Assembly (NCBI GenBank): GCA_039768345.1
Contig: JBDNAQ010000151.1
Location: forward strand, 1 to 30,505
Length of the DNA stretch: 30,505 nt
Reading direction: 5' to 3'
Origin: Flavobacteriaceae bacterium
GTDB lineage: Bacteria; Bacteroidota; Bacteroidia; Flavobacteriales; Flavobacteriaceae
In this document: in pieces, positions 27,062 to 30,505 of the stretch
Layout: every line of letters starts with the position of its first letter
Position numbering within the stretch: position 1 is the first letter of the stretch
Position numbers and translations under genes: made by a program
The notes under the pieces: model-generated
Database searches by the model: none
What the model saw: only the letters and a program-made list of their open reading frames with translations
What the model was told of the DNA's origin: nothing

Positions 27062-27628
27062 TTATCCTTCCTTCAACCAATTCTCCAGTATCTTTTTCCC
27101 ATGCGGAGTGAGCACGGATTCCGGGTGAAACTGAACGGCGCAAAGATCATAGTTTTTATGCCTGAGCGACATCAGTTGCCCATTCTCATCTACCGAGGTG
27201 GCTACCAGCGCCTCTGGCAGGTTGGGGTCTACCACCCAGGAGTGATATCTCCCTACGTCGATTTCTTCTGGCAATCCTTCGAAAAGCGGATCGTCTTTAA
27301 TCACCTTGATCCGGGTAGCGACCCCATGATATACTTCATCGAGATTGATAAGGCTACCCCCAAAGACTTCCCCTATGGCTTGTTGTCCCAGGCATACCCC
27401 AAATATGCGTTTGGTTGGCGCCCAGGTTTCAATGATCTCTTTCAGCATCCCGGCTTCTTCCGGAATACCTGGCCCGGGTGAAAGCACGATGTTGTGAAAT
27501 CCTTCAACATCCTTGTGGTTGAGTTGGTCGTTTCGTTTAACCACAACCTCGCAATCCAGGTCTTCCAGGTAGTGCACAAGATTATATGTAAAACTATCGT
27601 AGTTATCTATGACAAGAACTTTCTTCAT
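27062..27628 (-). CDS. trpG: Anthranilate synthase component II
   Basis: IDNYDSFTYNL, SPGPG, GVCLGQQ, RYHS, QFHPES. Confidence 0.96.
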   Translation of the reverse strand: MKKVLVIDNYDSFTYNLVHYLEDLDCEVVVKRNDQLNHKDVEGFHNIVLSPGPGIPEEAGMLKEIIETWAPTKRIFGVCLGQQAIGEVFGGSLINLDEVYHGVATRIKVIKDDPLFEGLPEEIDVGRYHSWVVDPNLPEALVATSVDENGQLMSLRHKNYDLCAVQFHPESVLTPHGKKILENWLKEG

Positions 27629-27632
27629 GGTG

Positions 27633-29030
27633 CTAAATAGATTCTGCGATTTCCAGGGCTTTGGTCAGGGCACCTAATTTATTATATGTCTCCTGTAGTT
27701 CCATTTCAGGATCGGAAGCGGCTACCAATCCTGCTCCTGCCTGATAGTACAATTCGTGATCCTTACTCAAAAAAGTGCGGATCATAATTGCGTGATTAAA
27801 ATCGCCCTTAAAATCCATAAAACCTATGGCACCGCCATAGTAATCCCTGCTGGTGTGTTCATATTTTTCAATGAGTTGCATGGCCATGTGTTTAGGTGCA
27901 CCACTCAAGGTCCCTGCCGGGAAAGTGTCGGCCACCACATTCATCGTGGAGATGTCTGGTTTCTTGTAGGCGGTTACTTTGGAGACCAGATGAATTACAT
28001 GGGAAAAGAACTGAACTTCCCTGTAATTTTCAACGGCAACACTATGCCCATTCCTGCTGAGGTCGTTCCGCGCCAGGTCTACCAGCATCACGTGTTCACT
28101 ATTTTCCTTATCGTCTTCGGTGAGCTTTTTTGCCAGCGCCGCGTCTTCCTCGTCGCTTCCGGTTCTCTTAAAAGTACCGGCGATAGGATGGATCTCTGCC
28201 TTGCCCTTTTTAATCACCAACTGGGCTTCTGGGGAACTTCCAAAAATCTTAAAATTCCCGTAGTCAAAATAAAAGAGATATGGAGAGGGGTTGATAGATC
28301 TGAGTGCACGGTAGACATTGAACTCATCACCTTTAAATCTTTGCTGAAACCTTCTGGAAAGTACCAGTTGAAATACATCTCCCCTATGGCAGTGCTTTTT
28401 AGCCAGTTCCACCAGATGTTTATATTCATCGTCCTTCAAATTAGAAACCACATCTCCCTCCTTCGAAAAATTATAAGAGGCAAAATTACGCATGCTGAGC
28501 AGGTGTTCAATTTCAGCAATATTGCTTTCGCGCTCATAACAGTGTGAAAATATATACGCTTCGTTCTTGAAGTGATTGATAGCGATGATATTCTGATAGA
28601 CGGCATAGTATATGTCGGGGATATTCAGATGCCCATCTTTTTTGGTAATTTCAATATCCTCAAAGTACCGTACGGCATCATAAGCTATATAGCCAAACAG
28701 ACCATTGTTGATAAACTTAAAGCTGTGGTCTGTTGCTTCAAACTTCTGGCTAAATTCCTGAATGATTTGAGCCACGTTGGAGCTATTGACGACAGCAATT
28801 TCAGATTTAGAACCATCGGGCAAAAGTTGAGTAATTGATTCGTGCTGTACGCTTATAGAAGCGATTGGATTGCAACAGATATAGGAAAAAGAGTTATCGC
28901 TGGCATGATAGTCACTACTCTCCAAAAGGATACTGTTCGGAAACCGATCGCGTATTTTTAGGTAGACGCTAACCGGGGTAATGGTATCCGCAAGGATCTT
29001 TTTATACGATGTCTCTAGTTTAAACTTCAT
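27633..29030 (-). CDS. trpE: Anthranilate synthase component I
   Basis: LLES, GDVFQLVLS, NPSPYLF, SSPE, PIAGT, EHVMLVDLARND, PAGTLSGAPK. Confidence 0.96.
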   Translation of the reverse strand: MKFKLETSYKKILADTITPVSVYLKIRDRFPNSILLESSDYHASDNSFSYICCNPIASISVQHESITQLLPDGSKSEIAVVNSSNVAQIIQEFSQKFEATDHSFKFINNGLFGYIAYDAVRYFEDIEITKKDGHLNIPDIYYAVYQNIIAINHFKNEAYIFSHCYERESNIAEIEHLLSMRNFASYNFSKEGDVVSNLKDDEYKHLVELAKKHCHRGDVFQLVLSRRFQQRFKGDEFNVYRALRSINPSPYLFYFDYGNFKIFGSSPEAQLVIKKGKAEIHPIAGTFKRTGSDEEDAALAKKLTEDDKENSEHVMLVDLARNDLSRNGHSVAVENYREVQFFSHVIHLVSKVTAYKKPDISTMNVVADTFPAGTLSGAPKHMAMQLIEKYEHTSRDYYGGAIGFMDFKGDFNHAIMIRTFLSKDHELYYQAGAGLVAASDPEMELQETYNKLGALTKALEIAESI

Positions 29031-29042
29031 AGGGTATTACAT

Positions 29043-29074
29043 TAAAAAAGGCCTGTCGTGATAGACAAGCCTTT
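29043..29074 (-). terminator. trp attenuator terminator hairpin with U tract
   Basis: Minus strand AAAGGCTTGTC-TATCAC-GACAGGCCTTTTTT (one G-U pair), ending 12 nt before the trpE ATG. Confidence 0.9.
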
Positions 29075-29105
29075 CTGGTATGGTTACACCTGTAGAATGC
29101 TCTGC

Positions 29106-29162
29106 TCACGACTCAGGACGTAAGTTCAGCCACCACCAGGTATTAGAGTTTCTACTAATCAT
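29106..29162 (-). CDS. trpL: trp operon leader peptide MISRNSNTWWWLNLRPES (18 aa)
   Basis: ATG ATT AGT AGA AAC TCT AAT ACC TGG TGG TGG CTG AAC TTA CGT CCT GAG TCG TGA. Three tandem Trp codons upstream of trpE and the terminator. Too short for the ORF track. Confidence 0.93.
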   Translation of the reverse strand: MISRNSNTWWWLNLRPES

Positions 29163-29167
29163 AGCGT

Positions 29168-29199
29168 CAAATATAGAAAGGAAAATTTATATAATCAAA
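29168..29199 (-). promoter_or_regulatory. trp promoter: TTTG (-33), 20-nt spacer, TATATTTG (-7)
   Basis: Both Bacteroidota elements with canonical spacing (29196-29199 and 29168-29175). Confidence 0.85.
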
Positions 29200-29210
29200 A
29201 TGTGAATCAC

Positions 29211-29242
29211 AAAAAACCCGACCTATTATAGAATCGGTCGGG
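29211..29242 (-). terminator. Intrinsic terminator after yceI
   Basis: Minus strand CCCGACC...GGTCGGG followed by TTTTTT. Confidence 0.85.
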
Positions 29243-29265
29243 CTGTTGAAATTGTAAGGGGTGGA

Positions 29266-29844
29266 CTAGAACTCCAGATCCACTACCAGGTCGAATTCAT
29301 CGTAAATCGTCTTGTCGCCCAGGTTTTCGAAAAAGCTCCCGGAACCATAGCGCACATCGTATTGTGCCCTGTCTACCTTCATAGTTGCGGTAGCTTTGCT
29401 GCCATAGATGGAAACGTCGAAAGTGACGGGTTTGGTGATTCCTTTGATGGTAAGATCTCCCGTTACTTCATAGGAGTTCTTTCCGGTTGAGGTAACCTTG
29501 GTAAATACCAGTTTCGAGCTGGGATGCTTTTCAACGCCAAAGAAGTCATCAGACTTCAGATGGCCTTCCAGTTTACCCTTGTACTCACCTTCAAGGTCAG
29601 TGGAAATCAAACTGGTCATGTCGACCGTAAATTCTCCTCCCGACAGTTGGTCGTCATCGAACATTAGCGCTCCTGAAGTCAGAGCTACAGTGCCAGTATG
29701 AGAGCCTGTTACTTTATAGGCCTTCCAGGTTACTGTACTGGTACTGGTTTTCACTTCTTTTTTAACTTCATTGACAGGATCGATGGCACTCATATGCCCG
29801 GTAGTGATCACAGCTAAGACTAGACTTATAACACTCTTTTTCAT
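29266..29844 (-). CDS. yceI: YceI-family lipid/polyisoprenoid-binding exported protein
   Basis: Signal peptide. STVTWKAYKVTGSHTG, GEFTVDMTS, LEGHLKSDDFFGVEKHP, GDLTIKGIT, VDRAQYDVRYGS. Confidence 0.93.
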   Translation of the reverse strand: MKKSVISLVLAVITTGHMSAIDPVNEVKKEVKTSTSTVTWKAYKVTGSHTGTVALTSGALMFDDDQLSGGEFTVDMTSLISTDLEGEYKGKLEGHLKSDDFFGVEKHPSSKLVFTKVTSTGKNSYEVTGDLTIKGITKPVTFDVSIYGSKATATMKVDRAQYDVRYGSGSFFENLGDKTIYDEFDLVVDLEF

Positions 29845-29866
29845 AATATTAGATATTGATTTAAGT

Positions 29867-30313
29867 TTAAAATTTATGTAGTAATAGATTTAATTGTTCT
29901 AATTCCTGAGAGGAAAAATTCTTTACCAGTTCTTCTTCAGCAAGTTTTATGGTATGGTCCATCTCCTTTAATACTTTCCCTCCTTTTTTGGTAATGGTAA
30001 TTTCAATCTTTCTCCTGTTTGATGGGCAAACCGAACGATCCACATAGCCTTTTGCCAACAATTTATCGACAAGTCGGGTAGTGTTGCTCATCTTATTTAT
30101 CATGCGTTCGTTGAGGGTAGAGAGATTCGCGGGTATTCCTTTTCTGCCCCTGAGGATTCTCAATACATTAAACTGCTGCAATGAAACCCCAAAGGGTTTT
30201 AGAGACCTGGCCAGATGATCATTGATCTTGTTGTGTACAAGGAGCAGGTGAATGATAGATCGTGATTTCAAAGGGATCTTTGTCTCTGTCTTTATTACCT
30301 CCTCAACGTTCAT
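29867..30313 (-). CDS. MarR family transcriptional regulator
   Basis: SLQQFNVLRILRG, SNTTRLVDKLLAKGYVDR, NRRKIEITITKKG. Confidence 0.95.
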   Translation of the reverse strand: MNVEEVIKTETKIPLKSRSIIHLLLVHNKINDHLARSLKPFGVSLQQFNVLRILRGRKGIPANLSTLNERMINKMSNTTRLVDKLLAKGYVDRSVCPSNRRKIEITITKKGGKVLKEMDHTIKLAEEELVKNFSSQELEQLNLLLHKF

Positions 30314-30324
30314 GTAAATACAAT

Positions 30325-30340
30325 ATTTGTATATACAAAT
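30325..30340. promoter_or_regulatory. Perfect 16-bp palindrome ATTTGTATATACAAAT, probable MarR operator
   Basis: Self-complementary. Overlaps the marR -7 element TACATTTG (30336-30343, minus strand). Confidence 0.7.
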
Positions 30341-30459
30341 GTAAAATTATTTCTTTAGTAAAAATTATTTGGCGACATAAAATTCTGTTAAAAGTGGAAG
30401 TGAGGGCAGAAGCAGTGGTAATTTTTTATGCCATCTGTGATGAAATGCATCCATATTAT

Positions 30460-30467
30460 TACTTTTG
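30460..30467 (+). promoter_or_regulatory. -7 element TACTTTTG for the gene at the right edge
   Basis: Exact TAnnTTTG, 18 nt upstream of ATG 30486. Confidence 0.6.
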
Positions 30468-30485
30468 CCGCTAAAACCAAAAACA

Positions 30486-30505
30486 ATGGCAGATCTAAGT
30501 CAGGA
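30486..30505 (+). CDS. 5' end of a truncated gene (MADLSQ...), possibly a rhodanese-like protein
   Basis: ATG in an A-rich context downstream of a -7 element. Only 6 full codons are visible, so the product is a guess from recollection of flavobacterial N-termini. Confidence 0.35.

Noticed and set aside
27756-28547. 263-aa plus-strand ORF antisense to trpE, and similar shadows (7305-7857, 13783-14194, 23982-24359, 25904-26317, 27008-27481)
   Set aside because: Almost wholly antisense to well-supported genes, with no motifs or promoter; expected from codon bias.
1-30505. CRISPR arrays, tRNA/rRNA, IS elements, integrases, toxin-antitoxin or anti-phage genes
   Set aside because: No regularly spaced repeats, RNA-gene signatures or such protein motifs were seen by eye; covariance-model searches were not run.

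Overview
This is mostly core chromosome from a Bacteroidota bacterium. Gene order, TAnnTTTG promoters, absence of obvious Shine-Dalgarno motifs and Gln at +1 after signal peptides suggest Flavobacteriaceae (inference). Left to right: 3' end of valS; an accessory block (LRR lipoprotein, exported Cys/Met/His protein, HAEPLYID-motif protein, AGMO-like di-iron hydroxylase); the minus-strand rsfS-ftsH-LUD-cdsA-psd-ACBP run; birA; SRPBCC and pyrE head-to-head with a Nudix gene; an M14 lipoprotein peptidase; a PAS kinase/receiver pair; coaD-ddl; PASTA-rluD-like-yaaA; a small lipoprotein; a UDG-superfamily gene; an exported M20 peptidase; a complete trpEGDCFBA operon; yceI; marR; and the first codons of one more gene. 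I found no rRNA, tRNA, CRISPR array, transposase or defence system. The best signals are absent from the ORF track: (i) an 18-aa WWW trp leader peptide with a full attenuator that appears leaderless, (ii) pyrE and a Nudix gene starting 7 bp apart, with the pyrE -7 element written over the Nudix ATG, (iii) a perfect 16-bp palindrome over the marR promoter, (iv) a GC-rich hairpin-dense in-frame segment in the UDG gene, (v) a small basic antisense ORF with its own promoter motif, and (vi) an AGMO-like enzyme with His at the position of the Glu implicated in pterin use, beside two uncharacterised exported proteins. All family calls are from recognised motifs; no database search was run.
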